A stretch of 49,179 bases of DNA, taken from positions 1-49,179 of the forward strand of contig JBHIAE010000022.1 in the NCBI GenBank assembly GCA_046758445.1, given 5' to 3'. Positions 35,273 through 44,850 of the stretch are shown here, piece after piece. Source of the stretch: Candidatus Thorarchaeota archaeon (GTDB taxonomy: Archaea; Asgardarchaeota; Thorarchaeia; Thorarchaeales; Thorarchaeaceae). Position 1 is the first letter of the stretch. Each line of letters opens with the position of its first letter. Position numbers and translations under genes: made by a program. A model generated the notes under the pieces. The model did not search any database. It was not told where the DNA came from and was given only the letters and a program-made list of their open reading frames with translations.

Positions 35273-36139
35273 CTAGATAGGTACTGCCTCAGCAATCAGG
35301 TCATCTTGAAGTCTAATGACCTTAGGACTTACTCTTCCATTGTATGGTGTGCTGAAAACGCTGATCAGTTTCCCTTCGAAGAATCGCTTGTATCCGTTCT
35401 GAAAGACCTCATGAGCCCGGATCATCAGTCTAATCCCCAGGTTCTTCACGAACTCGCTGAAGGCAAGACGACCAAAGGTACGTGTTCCACCTCCACGCAT
35501 ATTCGACCCAAAGTGAAAGTCTGCTTCAACCGGGTCATTCCAGACAAGCTGAAAGGCAATTGGATTCTCTAAGTCGATTGAATGGCGGTCTATTGAGAGA
35601 ATCTGTTCTCTAGATCTGACGCCTTCAGGTACTCCTCCATGACAGCAGAAGACACCGCTTGAGCTAAGACCTGCAAGAGGAAGAGCTTTGAAGACCTCAC
35701 AGTAGTTGTCAAATAGCTTGGTTGAATATTGGCTCTTTACGACATCGTAGAAGCCGTACATTCTCGCAACCATTTTCGATTCATGGTTTCCTCGCAACAT
35801 CAAGACGCGTTTTGGATGCTGGATAGCCATTGAGATTACCAGGTTGAAAGTCTCAATCTGATTCATCCCTCGATCTGCATAGTCACCGAGGAAGACTAAC
35901 GAGTACTCGGGTGACTTGAGAAAGGTGTCTCGTATCGCTTGGGTGCTCATGAGGTTTCCATGAAGGTCTCCTACATAGATCGTGTTCTGTGAAGGCGTTT
36001 CTACTATGTTGGGCTTCTCAGCATATAGATTGGTGACTCCAGCTATGAGCTTTTGGATCTCTTCAACAGTGAGCTTTGTTCTACCTGCAATCACATCTTT
36101 GGCTATCTGCATGTCCGCACCAGCCAGGTTTACTCCCAA
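35273..36139 (-). CDS. PPP-family serine/threonine protein phosphatase
   Basis: GDLHG, GDYADRG, LRGNHE, HGG, LVWNDP, IRAHE, GY, SVFS(T)P motifs; start may be ATG 36112. Confidence 0.92.
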   Translation of the reverse strand: MGVNLAGADMQIAKDVIAGRTKLTVEEIQKLIAGVTNLYAEKPNIVETPSQNTIYVGDLHGNLMSTQAIRDTFLKSPEYSLVFLGDYADRGMNQIETFNLVISMAIQHPKRVLMLRGNHESKMVARMYGFYDVVKSQYSTKLFDNYCEVFKALPLAGLSSSGVFCCHGGVPEGVRSREQILSIDRHSIDLENPIAFQLVWNDPVEADFHFGSNMRGGGTRTFGRLAFSEFVKNLGIRLMIRAHEVFQNGYKRFFEGKLISVFSTPYNGRVSPKVIRLQDDLIAEAVPI

Positions 36140-36651
36140 CCAAGAACTCGAACGACTTTCTGCACCGCTTCAGCAGGGGTTTCAGCAGGAATAACAACAT
36201 CGTTTCTCCTATCATCGATTCCTGTGCCGGCCAGGCGTTCAGCCCATCCACCCGACGGCACAAGCGCAACCACTGGTCTATCTGAAAACCAGGCAATCGC
36301 CATCTCGCTAAGAGTTCCAGCAGATCCTGCAACTGCGATTACTGCATCCCCGGTCTTGGCCACCAAAAAGTTCCTAGCATAGCCAAGACCTGTAGGAATG
36401 GCCAGATCTACATACTGGTTCGCATTTTCCTTGAAGTCCGTTGGCAGAATACCTATGGTAAGTCCAGCATACTTCTTGGCTCCGCGGCAAGCTGCCTCCA
36501 TGACTCCCCCAAGTCCTCCACAGACCAGCGCAATCTCTCGTCTTGCTATCTCCTCTCCGAGTTGCTCTGCCATTTCTAAGATAGACTCGTCAGAATCGGA
36601 ACCACCGATAACTGAGATAGTCCTTAACTGCATCTCTAACACTCGCCTCAT
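36130..36651 (-). CDS. TIGR00725 / LOG-like (SLOG) nucleotide-binding protein
   Basis: VCGGLGGVMEAACRGAK, TIGILP, PTGLGYARN, GSAGTLSEMAIA. Confidence 0.88.
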   Translation of the reverse strand: MRRVLEMQLRTISVIGGSDSDESILEMAEQLGEEIARREIALVCGGLGGVMEAACRGAKKYAGLTIGILPTDFKENANQYVDLAIPTGLGYARNFLVAKTGDAVIAVAGSAGTLSEMAIAWFSDRPVVALVPSGGWAERLAGTGIDDRRNDVVIPAETPAEAVQKVVRVLGWE

Positions 36652-37781
36652 GTATCGTGGGTTATTTCATGCATGCGTCTTAGTCCTCTCATAATCGTAT
36701 CATAGTCTGCGGGAGAAAGTCGCCCTTCGCGAACTCTTCTTTGTGCTACCGCTTGGAGCGTCCGCTCTTCGGTGCGACTTGCATAGCCCAGACGCATGAG
36801 CTTCTCGTGTACTTCGGTGGACTCCCCCAAATCTTTACGCAGCTCGAATGCGGAACACCGAGAAGACCGCTGAAGTTGCATCCTAACATGGTCAGGCAGT
36901 CCTCCAGTAGCGAATCCATATATCTTGGCCATTGTTAGTAGCGCCCTTTCTCCGACGTCTACAGAAGCCCACCCAGAGTCCATGCCTACGATACAGAGAC
37001 GGGGGAACCTCGAACAAGTATTGAGGCAGTAACTGCAGATGGCGGCTTCCAGCCTAGTTTCTCCGGTACTGAATTCAATCCTGATCGTTCCCTCGTCAAG
37101 GTCAATTGCGCAATGCGTTGACGTACAGGATACTCCAAATACCTCCGCGACTTGTCGGATGAGTTCAATTTCCTCCCTTGAGCTTGGCGGCATCGACCTT
37201 GAATCCAAGATTGGGAGTTGGGCAGGGCACTCGTCTTCGTCAAGCAACGCAATAAGTGGAAGACTCGTCACTTCTTGAAACCTCTCACTGAGGCACGATG
37301 CCAATAGCTCTAAGCAGCTCGTTACACTGTCCATGTGTCGTATGTGAGGAGTCCTCCCTATGACCCGTGAAACTTTGAGTACAGCTTGGTCAAAGTCTGA
37401 ACTAGGCCCAACGAAGACAATCATCAAAAGACTCCGTGCTCTTTCTGAGAGTCGAAAGAACAGTTGCTCGAACAGATCAGTTTCGTCCGGACGCAGGACC
37501 ACGACAGCGCCACGATGCCCTTTCATGAAGGTTTCTGTGATGCCGTGATATCTCTCGGAAAGTGGCAAAGACCAGAGCTGCAATACCGCTTGGCAGCCGT
37601 CTTCTAACGTGCTCCTAGATACCCCTATCCCGACCCCCAAAGTAGGATATAGTTGGAACGCTGCATTTCCATTTGAGGCTCTGTTCAGGAAGCCCACCTG
37701 CAGTGCGAGGTCTGCACCCAATACCAGCGCCTTATGAATGAGTCTCCCAGTAGCGGGTGCCTCTGATGCCGAACGAATCAC
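36648..37781 (-). CDS. Hypothetical protein with N-terminal degenerate Rab/Ras-like GTPase domain and Cys-rich C-terminal domain
   Basis: KALVLG...PTLGV...VLQLWSLPLSERYHGITETFMKGHRGAVVV follows the Rab scaffold but lacks GKS/T and DxxG; CSYCLNTC cluster; ATGA overlap with the next gene. Confidence 0.7.
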   Translation of the reverse strand: MIRSASEAPATGRLIHKALVLGADLALQVGFLNRASNGNAAFQLYPTLGVGIGVSRSTLEDGCQAVLQLWSLPLSERYHGITETFMKGHRGAVVVLRPDETDLFEQLFFRLSERARSLLMIVFVGPSSDFDQAVLKVSRVIGRTPHIRHMDSVTSCLELLASCLSERFQEVTSLPLIALLDEDECPAQLPILDSRSMPPSSREEIELIRQVAEVFGVSCTSTHCAIDLDEGTIRIEFSTGETRLEAAICSYCLNTCSRFPRLCIVGMDSGWASVDVGERALLTMAKIYGFATGGLPDHVRMQLQRSSRCSAFELRKDLGESTEVHEKLMRLGYASRTEERTLQAVAQRRVREGRLSPADYDTIMRGLRRMHEITHDT

Positions 37782-37817
37782 ACTAATGGGTTCTCATTCA
37801 AGGAGAAATAGCTATGG

Positions 37818-38066
37818 GTGGTGGGAAAGTCGCCAACAAAAGGCCTGAAAATGGAGGTGCACAAATACGACCCTGTGTCACTCAATTGTGTCCCCTCTCC
37901 AAGAAATCTGGTGATAAAGACGATGAGGCGTATCAGGTTCAACCGACACCTACTTAGACGCGTCAGGAGCAGGCCGCGAAGCATCACGAATGACTTCCCT
38001 GTTCTCATTCCAGAATCCGGTCCCAAGGAATGTGAAGAAGAGAGTTCCTCTCTTCAAGATGACTGA
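37818..38066 (+). CDS. Possible small hypothetical protein (basic centre, acidic tail)
   Basis: Fills the gap between divergent genes; no recognisable motif; may be spurious. Confidence 0.25.
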   Translation: MVGKSPTKGLKMEVHKYDPVSLNCVPSPRNLVIKTMRRIRFNRHLLRRVRSRPRSITNDFPVLIPESGPKECEEESSSLQDD

Positions 38067-38125
38067 TGAGTACTCCGATTCAGTAATGTTCTTCTTTCGG
38101 TGATTCTCTGACGTGTTTGATAATC

Positions 38126-38497
38126 ATGGTTGAGATCCATAGAGCATCAGATGCAGAGCTCAAGGGAGGGTTAGGATACGGAGTGAGGTATGTGGCTGAT
38201 CTCACTTTCAGAGAACCCCTTGAGAGTTCTGGTTTCATTATCGTCAAGATTCCTCCTGAAATGAAGACCTCGCCCCATTCTCATAGTGTCCTGACTGAAG
38301 TCTTCGTCATAATGAGTAAGACAAGAATGGGAGTGTCAGAGACTGTCTACGACTTGAACGAGGGAGATGTTGTCGTGGTTGAGCATGGAGAATCTCACTG
38401 GTTTGAAACCCCCTCGGGGCCAGATGTGGATGTGATTGCTGTCAAGATGCCTAATCTGAAGGATGACAAGGTCGAGGAACAGCGTGACAAGCTATAG
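38126..38497 (+). CDS. Cupin domain protein
   Basis: PHSH...EVF and GDVVVVEHGESHWF cupin motifs; ATG 38126 preferred over TTG 38117. Confidence 0.85.
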   Translation: MVEIHRASDAELKGGLGYGVRYVADLTFREPLESSGFIIVKIPPEMKTSPHSHSVLTEVFVIMSKTRMGVSETVYDLNEGDVVVVEHGESHWFETPSGPDVDVIAVKMPNLKDDKVEEQRDKL

Positions 38498-38911
38498 TTC
38501 ATCATCCTCGTTCTCGAAGAAGATGTCCAGACGGTCCCTATCATAGGCTCTCCGAGGTGGGTTTGGCACAGCCCGCTTCAGTACGTCGTCCAGCTCGCTC
38601 CAGTCTTTGTATCTCTTCCTTCTACCGTACACGCCTGCGGCAGTGATAATGAGATAAGAAGCGACGCCGATTACGAAGAGTTCAGTCCTTGTAGCAAATG
38701 CTGACGACATGATGGCCATGGCTATTACAAATATGCCGCCGACAATCATGGTGTTGAAGAAACAGTCACATTGTATCTGCATTCCCGGAGGCCCAATTTT
38801 GAAGTCCTCGGGATCTGAGCCAGGGGCACGGTTCAGTATGTAGTTGAACCAGGAAACAGCGGCAACTGCAACAGATATGACCAGAAACACTAGAGGGTCC
38901 AACTCACACAC
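38492..38911 (-). CDS. Hypothetical membrane protein (3 TM)
   Basis: Three hydrophobic segments, CDC motif, charged C-terminal tail; directly downstream of the PIN gene on the same strand. Confidence 0.65.
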   Translation of the reverse strand: MCELDPLVFLVISVAVAAVSWFNYILNRAPGSDPEDFKIGPPGMQIQCDCFFNTMIVGGIFVIAMAIMSSAFATRTELFVIGVASYLIITAAGVYGRRKRYKDWSELDDVLKRAVPNPPRRAYDRDRLDIFFENEDDEL

Positions 38912-38927
38912 ATCCGTTCTTCAGAAG

Positions 38928-40742
38928 CTAGGTTTCTGGTTCCGGCTCGGCAAGTTTGAGCCAGCTGAACCCGTATTCTCCCTCATATGAGATCTCGGCG
39001 CTTTCCGCGGGGGTCAGAATCAGAACAACTGCGTACTTCTCTAGCACCTCTGGACTTGCATTAGTCAGTTTGAACTTGCCATTTGTCAGAGCTACTCGAT
39101 GTCCAGTCTTTAGACTCCTTAGGTCATGATGTTCCCTTGTGTCAATGCCAACTCTCGCTTGAAGCTTATCGTTGCGTACTACCAAAGTCTCGGTTTCTTC
39201 TATGGTTTCAAGCGAAAGAACATCCATCCAGCTATGGAGCTCTTCGGGGAGTTCCGTCAAATCCACAGCTTCCTCAGTTGACATCTCTTCGATGGGTGGA
39301 ATGTGTCCTTGGATTTCATTCAATATGGGGGTGATTTGATTCGTGTCCCATCCCTTCTTCACAAACATCTTCAGTGCGTGTTCCGCAATCTTCTCCAATG
39401 CTGGCTTAAAGCGATCATGAGAAGATGATGAAACCTTGTAAAGCATCAAGAATGAAGACAACGCACCTTCCTCCTTCCCATATGCAACGCCTATTTTATA
39501 CGCCGTGACCACCAACTGCCAGGCATTGTCGTGTTCATCGAAATTGAGTGAGTGCTTTGCGATATCATTCAGAAGAGCAAGAGTTGCTTCGGCATACTGC
39601 AGCTTGCTCTTGGTAAGTGAGAAACCTCCCATGAACTCTCTCAAGACCTGCATGATAACGTAGAGCCCCTCCGAGGTTTCGATCATGTCCTCAAGCCCCA
39701 CTCTTCTAATCATGCTGTCGTAGAGGCTGTAATAGTAGTCAATCTCATCGTAGTCCTCGCGTATGAGGGCCAAGACTATACGAACAAAGAACACACCTGC
39801 CTTCAGCTCTTCGTCTGAAACTGCAGCGAACATGAGCAATCGAAAAGATTCGTCGGATATCTTCAAGGCGTCTTCGATTCCTTCCTTTGTGCCTCTGTAC
39901 AGATGACAGATCATTTCAAGATAGTACAAGAATAGAGTCAGGTCTGAGGCATGCTTGACAAGCTTGGCGTGAGTTTCCTCATCATTTGTCAGAGTGGACA
40001 CTATGAGAAGGCGCTCAATCTCGTTCTGAACGGCCTCAATCTCGTTCGCCAACGTATTATACTTTCCAGCCTTGAAGTCTTCAAACATCGTTGGAATGCC
40101 CGCCTTGATGTCTTCCAGAAAGTCCAGAACAAACAAGGGCTGCCCTCTCGAGAGTCTTCGATCTAGATCCTCTGCAGGGGCTTTCACTGTTCGAATCACT
40201 CGTAATGCGTGTTCCTCAATCAGACGGATCCGTGTGACTGGGTCATATGCCTCTTGCCGAGCAATGCTGTACCTTACTTCTTCGCCGTAGATCCTCTCTC
40301 GGATAACGGTGAGTTTGCCTCTCAGTTCCTCATCTTCGATGGACTCCACGAGTTCGAGTACAAACGCTGACCCCACAATACCCTCGACATCCACCTGAAT
40401 CTCTTGAATGGTGTTAAGGAGCTTCAGGTCACTCGTCACAATCTTAGATTTCTTAGCCCTCATCGCCGCCAGAACGAGAGACATGTCATTGAGCTGCGGC
40501 AGAGCTGTCTCTGGTTTGTTGATGCTCTCCATCAATTCCTTGATGTCTTTCGATAGGGTTTCCTCAATCTGAATCATTTGCTCGACTTCTCTCCGAAGGT
40601 ACCATCTAAGCTCCTGGAAGATCTGTCTGGTGACCCATAGTTCCATTCCTGCCTTCTCAGCTGCCTCCTTGATGGTGAATACATCCTTTGGTCTATCACT
40701 GAATCCGCTGATGAAGAAGTTGGCATCAAGGTATATTCGCAT
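38928..40742 (-). CDS. PIN-domain protein with long helical region and C-terminal beta domain (604 aa)
   Basis: N-terminal IYLDANF, FQEL, NDMSL, IVTSD acidic PIN motifs; the remaining ~470 aa are mostly helical (solenoid-like). Confidence 0.75.
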   Translation of the reverse strand: MRIYLDANFFISGFSDRPKDVFTIKEAAEKAGMELWVTRQIFQELRWYLRREVEQMIQIEETLSKDIKELMESINKPETALPQLNDMSLVLAAMRAKKSKIVTSDLKLLNTIQEIQVDVEGIVGSAFVLELVESIEDEELRGKLTVIRERIYGEEVRYSIARQEAYDPVTRIRLIEEHALRVIRTVKAPAEDLDRRLSRGQPLFVLDFLEDIKAGIPTMFEDFKAGKYNTLANEIEAVQNEIERLLIVSTLTNDEETHAKLVKHASDLTLFLYYLEMICHLYRGTKEGIEDALKISDESFRLLMFAAVSDEELKAGVFFVRIVLALIREDYDEIDYYYSLYDSMIRRVGLEDMIETSEGLYVIMQVLREFMGGFSLTKSKLQYAEATLALLNDIAKHSLNFDEHDNAWQLVVTAYKIGVAYGKEEGALSSFLMLYKVSSSSHDRFKPALEKIAEHALKMFVKKGWDTNQITPILNEIQGHIPPIEEMSTEEAVDLTELPEELHSWMDVLSLETIEETETLVVRNDKLQARVGIDTREHHDLRSLKTGHRVALTNGKFKLTNASPEVLEKYAVVLILTPAESAEISYEGEYGFSWLKLAEPEPET

Positions 40743-40932
40743 TCATTTCTGACTCCATTACTCACTACTGCATGCTGGGTAAGGTGATTACGGGCTAGCA
40801 GTCGCTAGTCCAGCGTCTCGGCATCCGTCCGACATTAAGGTCTTTCGCTGGGAGGCGTACCTACACAATTGAGTGAGTCCACGGAAAAACGTTTTGCTAG
40901 ACACCAACGTGTCCCAATTTTGAAGGGCGTGG

Positions 40933-41567
40933 TTATCCTCTCAATTCACGAGCCTTCACGGCGGCCACCGTAGCATCCATGTCACGGCCCTGAGCTTGAT
41001 AGATGACTTGTAGAAAGTCCCACCCTTCTGGTATCTTGGGTGTAACCTCAGTCACCTTCTTCATCGCCAACTCGGCACTGTCCAGCCGTCCCAGCTTGAG
41101 GTTGAGGAGCCCCATAGCAAACCAGACCTCTCCCTCTTCTGGGTTAAGCTCTATTCTCTTCTTAGAAGCTTCCTCTGATTCATCATATCTTTCCAGTCCG
41201 AGGAGCACTGAGCCTAGACCTGCCCAAGAACCCGAGTCCATTGGATGGAGTTCAATCGCCTTCCGGAAACACTCTTCTGCTTCAGCGAATCGACTTTGTG
41301 GCTTCAGAATCTGTCCCAAAGTTCCCATGTACGCCAGATAGGTTCACTTTGCTCAAGAAACCTCCTAGCTGATCTCTCTGCATCGTCTAGTCGTAACTGC
41401 ATGAACTGGCTCTTTGCCAATGACAACCAAATCGCGGCCACCTCCGGACGGTTGTCGACTAGCTTCAGGAAGATGTTCTCTGCTTGCTTGAAACGTTGCT
41501 GCTTCATGAGATCCAGGCCATTCTGGAAGTCATCAAGGAGCTCTCCGAAGTCGTTTCCTGCGTTCAA
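40933..41567 (-). pseudogene. Tetratricopeptide-repeat protein split by a frameshift
   Basis: Two overlapping TPR ORFs (41304-41567 and 40933-41328); adding one base to the C3 run at 41324-41326 fuses them into ...IWRTWGTLGQIL..., a well-formed TPR helix. Confidence 0.7.
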
Positions 41568-41757
41568 TAGCTCACTTCCATCGGAGGATGCCCGATAGCG
41601 CTAGACAATAATGAACCTTCGGGTGAGAGAGTGGAGTGTCAAGACAGTTTGGTTTCGCTGTATAAGATATTATTATATACTACTAATTCGTATTATGAAA
41701 GTGACAAAGGAGATCGCCGTGACCATCACCCCTACTTTCTTGGGAGTGACGTAGAAA

Positions 41758-41770
41758 CCGAAAGTTATAT
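41758..41770 (+). promoter_or_regulatory. Archaeal BRE + TATA promoter
   Basis: CCGAAAGTTATAT resembles the BRE-TATA consensus; the next clear CDS starts ~290 nt downstream. Confidence 0.5.
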
Positions 41771-41791
41771 CCGCTTATGCCCCATGGAGAA

Positions 41792-42000
41792 CGGCGAGGC
41801 AGTGACGTGGGTGCATTAGCGGTCATGACTGTTTCCAAACCAAGGGCGCAGCACTGATTGTGTGGGTCGGCTACGGACTCTGGCGTGCGGTCCGAGTCTT
41901 GCATGTTGCCTCAAAATGGGCTTCATGGAACGTGGCGCACAAATCATTAGGTGGTGGCGCGGCAAGCGTTACGTTGCCCACTGTGCGGCGCCCACCTCAT
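41792..42000 (+). ncRNA. Candidate structured RNA or long structured 5' leader (unassigned family)
   Basis: Downstream of a consensus-like promoter, GC-rich, with several complementary segments (41796-41801/41907-41912; 41855-41864/41936-41946; 41875-41880/41894-41899; nested hairpin 41949-41997). Confidence 0.3.
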
Positions 42001-42058
42001 TATTCCTTAGTCAATTCACTTATTATGCCCTGCAGATTGACGAGCCTGAAGAGATACC

Positions 42059-44848
42059 ATGTTTCGTTATGCGCTGAAAAGGGTAGTCAGAGGGTATCGA
42101 CTGTTTCTTGCTTTGACAGTTGGTGTCTTGGTTGCCACTACATTCTTCGCGGGCATGGTAGTATCTGCTGATGTTACGTCTAGAGTCGCACTGCTGAACG
42201 CGCTTGATGATGTGGACTATGACTTACGAGTCCAGGCAAACAATGTCACGTGGTCTAGCTCGGATATGTTGGAATTAGAAACACTACTCCAGGATCTGCC
42301 AGAGGTCGTATCAGCAGACGTCTACTCCAAGGTTCCCTACACATACAACCAAACAACGGGAACCACGTTTGACATCATAGGCATGGACCTGACAAGTACT
42401 GCTTGGAGTACGTTGCAGTATGTCAATGGCTCAACCACTTTGGCTGCTAATGAAACCTATGTCGTCGCGAGCTCGGTAAACGCTTCCGCTCTGTCAATCG
42501 GCCAGATTCTACAGGTTCCAGTCAAGGTGCAGACATCAGAGTTCCCATACTTTGAGGAACTTGAGCTAAACTTGACTGTCGCAGGGTTTGTCGATATCCC
42601 TGAACGTACTGCTCGGCTGTTGAATCCACCACAGTTCTTCAATCTTGGATTCATCCAGATTGAGCTTGGGAACTGGCGCAACTACAATCTGCTACTTACT
42701 GATTGGGATGCTACGTTATTTCCCCTTATTGAATGGTACGATAACCAAGAGAATGCTACACGGATGTTCATGACAACAGGTTACACGTGTCAGCTCGATA
42801 GGGGCATGGTCATCAATCCTTATGATGTAGGAGGCTCTTCATCAACAGTCAACGACATCGTTGCCAGGATTGAGGATAGAACAGCCGTCTTCAACACAGA
42901 TGTTACGAACCTAGTTGGCTCGACGCTCACATTTGTTTCACTCATGTCCACAATCCTAGTCCTTGCGTTCGTGAGCCTTGCAGCACCAATCATCTTCATG
43001 TCATGGTATTCCTCGACAATGCTTAGTGATGTCAGCTACAATCTGCGACGGAGAGAGTTTGGCCTACTCTCGACCAAGGGGCTGGGGCCCAGGTCAATCA
43101 AGAGAATGCTTGTTCTGGAAGGAGTGATCATAGGACTCATTGGCGGAATCATGGGCCTGATATTTGGCACGATCCTCGGCAACATGGTCGTGGGAGAGGC
43201 AATCGATGACATATTGCTGGCATTTGTGGGCAACCCATTGACATCGGTCTTCGTTGTGGCGTTCGCGCTCATCCTGTCATACTGGTCAGTTCGTGGTCCC
43301 GCAGGCCGGGCATCAAAGCTGGACCCTCTCGATGCATTGAAGCAATACGTCTACATTGAGGAGCAGAGAGAATACAAGAGACTATTACCCACTATTGCTC
43401 TAGCTCTGGGTTCATACAAAATCGCGGCTTGGATATTGGGAATAAACATGCAGAGCCTGCTCACTGGAGCACTCTCCACGAACTTCCTTCTCCTCATCAT
43501 TACTGCAATCTGGACTCCTGTAGATGCGTTTCTGAACTTCGCGGGCCCCATTATGTTTCTCTATGGTTTGACCAAGATTCTGCTTCGAGGCTCCCAGAGA
43601 TTCCAAGAGGGAATTGTACAGGCCTTCAGTCGTTTCTTTGGTGCCTTCGGTAGACTCGCTACTAGAAACGTGAAGAGGAACCCCTCGAGAAATGCAGCAC
43701 TAGTGTTCGTTGTTGCTCTCATAGTTTCTTATGGCCTCTTCAGTGTCGGAGGTCTCTTCTCAGAAGCGGACCGAGTTGACCGTGCAACTCGATATGATGT
43801 AGGGTCGGACTTGAGCGCCGTATTTGGCGCTGGAACAAATCTGACAGATGCGGTAGAGGCAATCGAGGAAATGGATGGTGTGGAGGCAGTCACGCTGGAG
43901 TTCAGGATCTCAATGAGCAGCACGAGTGGCAGTATGGAGGTGCGGGGGATTTCCCCGGAGAATTGGACTGATGCAGCGTTCTATGAAGATAGCTGGTTCA
44001 GCGGTCCTAGTTTGGACGAAGTCTTCTCAAACTTCACTGGAAATAAGATTCTCCTCTCTATTTCCGTGGCAAGAAGTCTTGATCTCAGAATTGGCAACTT
44101 CATCACGCTTCGCGGCAGAAGTGCAAGTGACATTCATCGGATGGAGATTATCGGCTTTGTCGGTTTCGTGAGTCCGATTGAAGCGTTGCTTGGAGATATT
44201 GGGCGGACCTTTGGGCAGTTTGCATTTGGCGGGACATACCCCTCATTCGTTCCCAGGGACTTCCTGAATTCAACAGGTCTTGTTGAATATGCCGAGGGAC
44301 ACGTTCTCGTAAAGACGGCTGACAACATCAATGGCACATTACTCGAGGAAGAGATAAGATCACAGTTTCCTGAAGTGCAAAGCACAGATTCAGTTACCAC
44401 TTCACTGAAGGCAATGCAGGTGAACACGTTCGAAGTCGGTGGGACAAGAGCCCGATGGGTGGGGGTTGTGTTTGCGGTCGTGCTGGCAATCATTGGTACT
44501 GCTCTCGTTGTAGGACTAACTCTAAAGGAGAAAGAATACGAAACCACTTTGCTCAGGGTTCGCGGATTTACGCGCGGTCAGGTTCTGAAGGTCTTGCTCG
44601 CCGAGATAATGGTGATGGTGGTATTTTCGCTTATACTTGGGGTAGGGACCGGTTTCATTCAGTTATTTGGAGATCTTGCCAACCAGAGCCAGAATCTACA
44701 GCAACTCGTGAGACCGCAGGTGGTCCTGTCCGGGCCGGCTTTGATTGGTATGATTAGTATGGTAGTTGCAGTAGTCGGTGCTGCAGTCATACCGATAGTG
44801 ATGGCATCTAGGTTCACAGAAGAGAAAGTTGATGTTCTTAGGGAGTAA
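42059..44848 (+). CDS. FtsX/MacB-like ABC transporter permease (duplicated architecture)
   Basis: Two large extracellular domains, each followed by an FtsX TM block (RRREFGLLSTKGLG; EKEYETTLLRVRGFT); sequon-rich ectodomains. Confidence 0.88.
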   Translation: MFRYALKRVVRGYRLFLALTVGVLVATTFFAGMVVSADVTSRVALLNALDDVDYDLRVQANNVTWSSSDMLELETLLQDLPEVVSADVYSKVPYTYNQTTGTTFDIIGMDLTSTAWSTLQYVNGSTTLAANETYVVASSVNASALSIGQILQVPVKVQTSEFPYFEELELNLTVAGFVDIPERTARLLNPPQFFNLGFIQIELGNWRNYNLLLTDWDATLFPLIEWYDNQENATRMFMTTGYTCQLDRGMVINPYDVGGSSSTVNDIVARIEDRTAVFNTDVTNLVGSTLTFVSLMSTILVLAFVSLAAPIIFMSWYSSTMLSDVSYNLRRREFGLLSTKGLGPRSIKRMLVLEGVIIGLIGGIMGLIFGTILGNMVVGEAIDDILLAFVGNPLTSVFVVAFALILSYWSVRGPAGRASKLDPLDALKQYVYIEEQREYKRLLPTIALALGSYKIAAWILGINMQSLLTGALSTNFLLLIITAIWTPVDAFLNFAGPIMFLYGLTKILLRGSQRFQEGIVQAFSRFFGAFGRLATRNVKRNPSRNAALVFVVALIVSYGLFSVGGLFSEADRVDRATRYDVGSDLSAVFGAGTNLTDAVEAIEEMDGVEAVTLEFRISMSSTSGSMEVRGISPENWTDAAFYEDSWFSGPSLDEVFSNFTGNKILLSISVARSLDLRIGNFITLRGRSASDIHRMEIIGFVGFVSPIEALLGDIGRTFGQFAFGGTYPSFVPRDFLNSTGLVEYAEGHVLVKTADNINGTLLEEEIRSQFPEVQSTDSVTTSLKAMQVNTFEVGGTRARWVGVVFAVVLAIIGTALVVGLTLKEKEYETTLLRVRGFTRGQVLKVLLAEIMVMVVFSLILGVGTGFIQLFGDLANQSQNLQQLVRPQVVLSGPALIGMISMVVAVVGAAVIPIVMASRFTEEKVDVLRE

Positions 44849-44850
44849 AG

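Noticed and set aside
38062-38090. CTGATGA hammerhead-like core
   Set aside because: No stem II followed by GAAA and no flanking helices.
41970-42058. Cobalamin riboswitch-like words (gcccactg; gagcctgaagag)
   Set aside because: The conserved AGGGAA and core junction elements are missing; the match is too weak.
41631-42171. Short ORFs of 62-103 aa in the large intergenic region
   Set aside because: Mutually overlapping, atypical composition and no motifs; none can be supported as a CDS.
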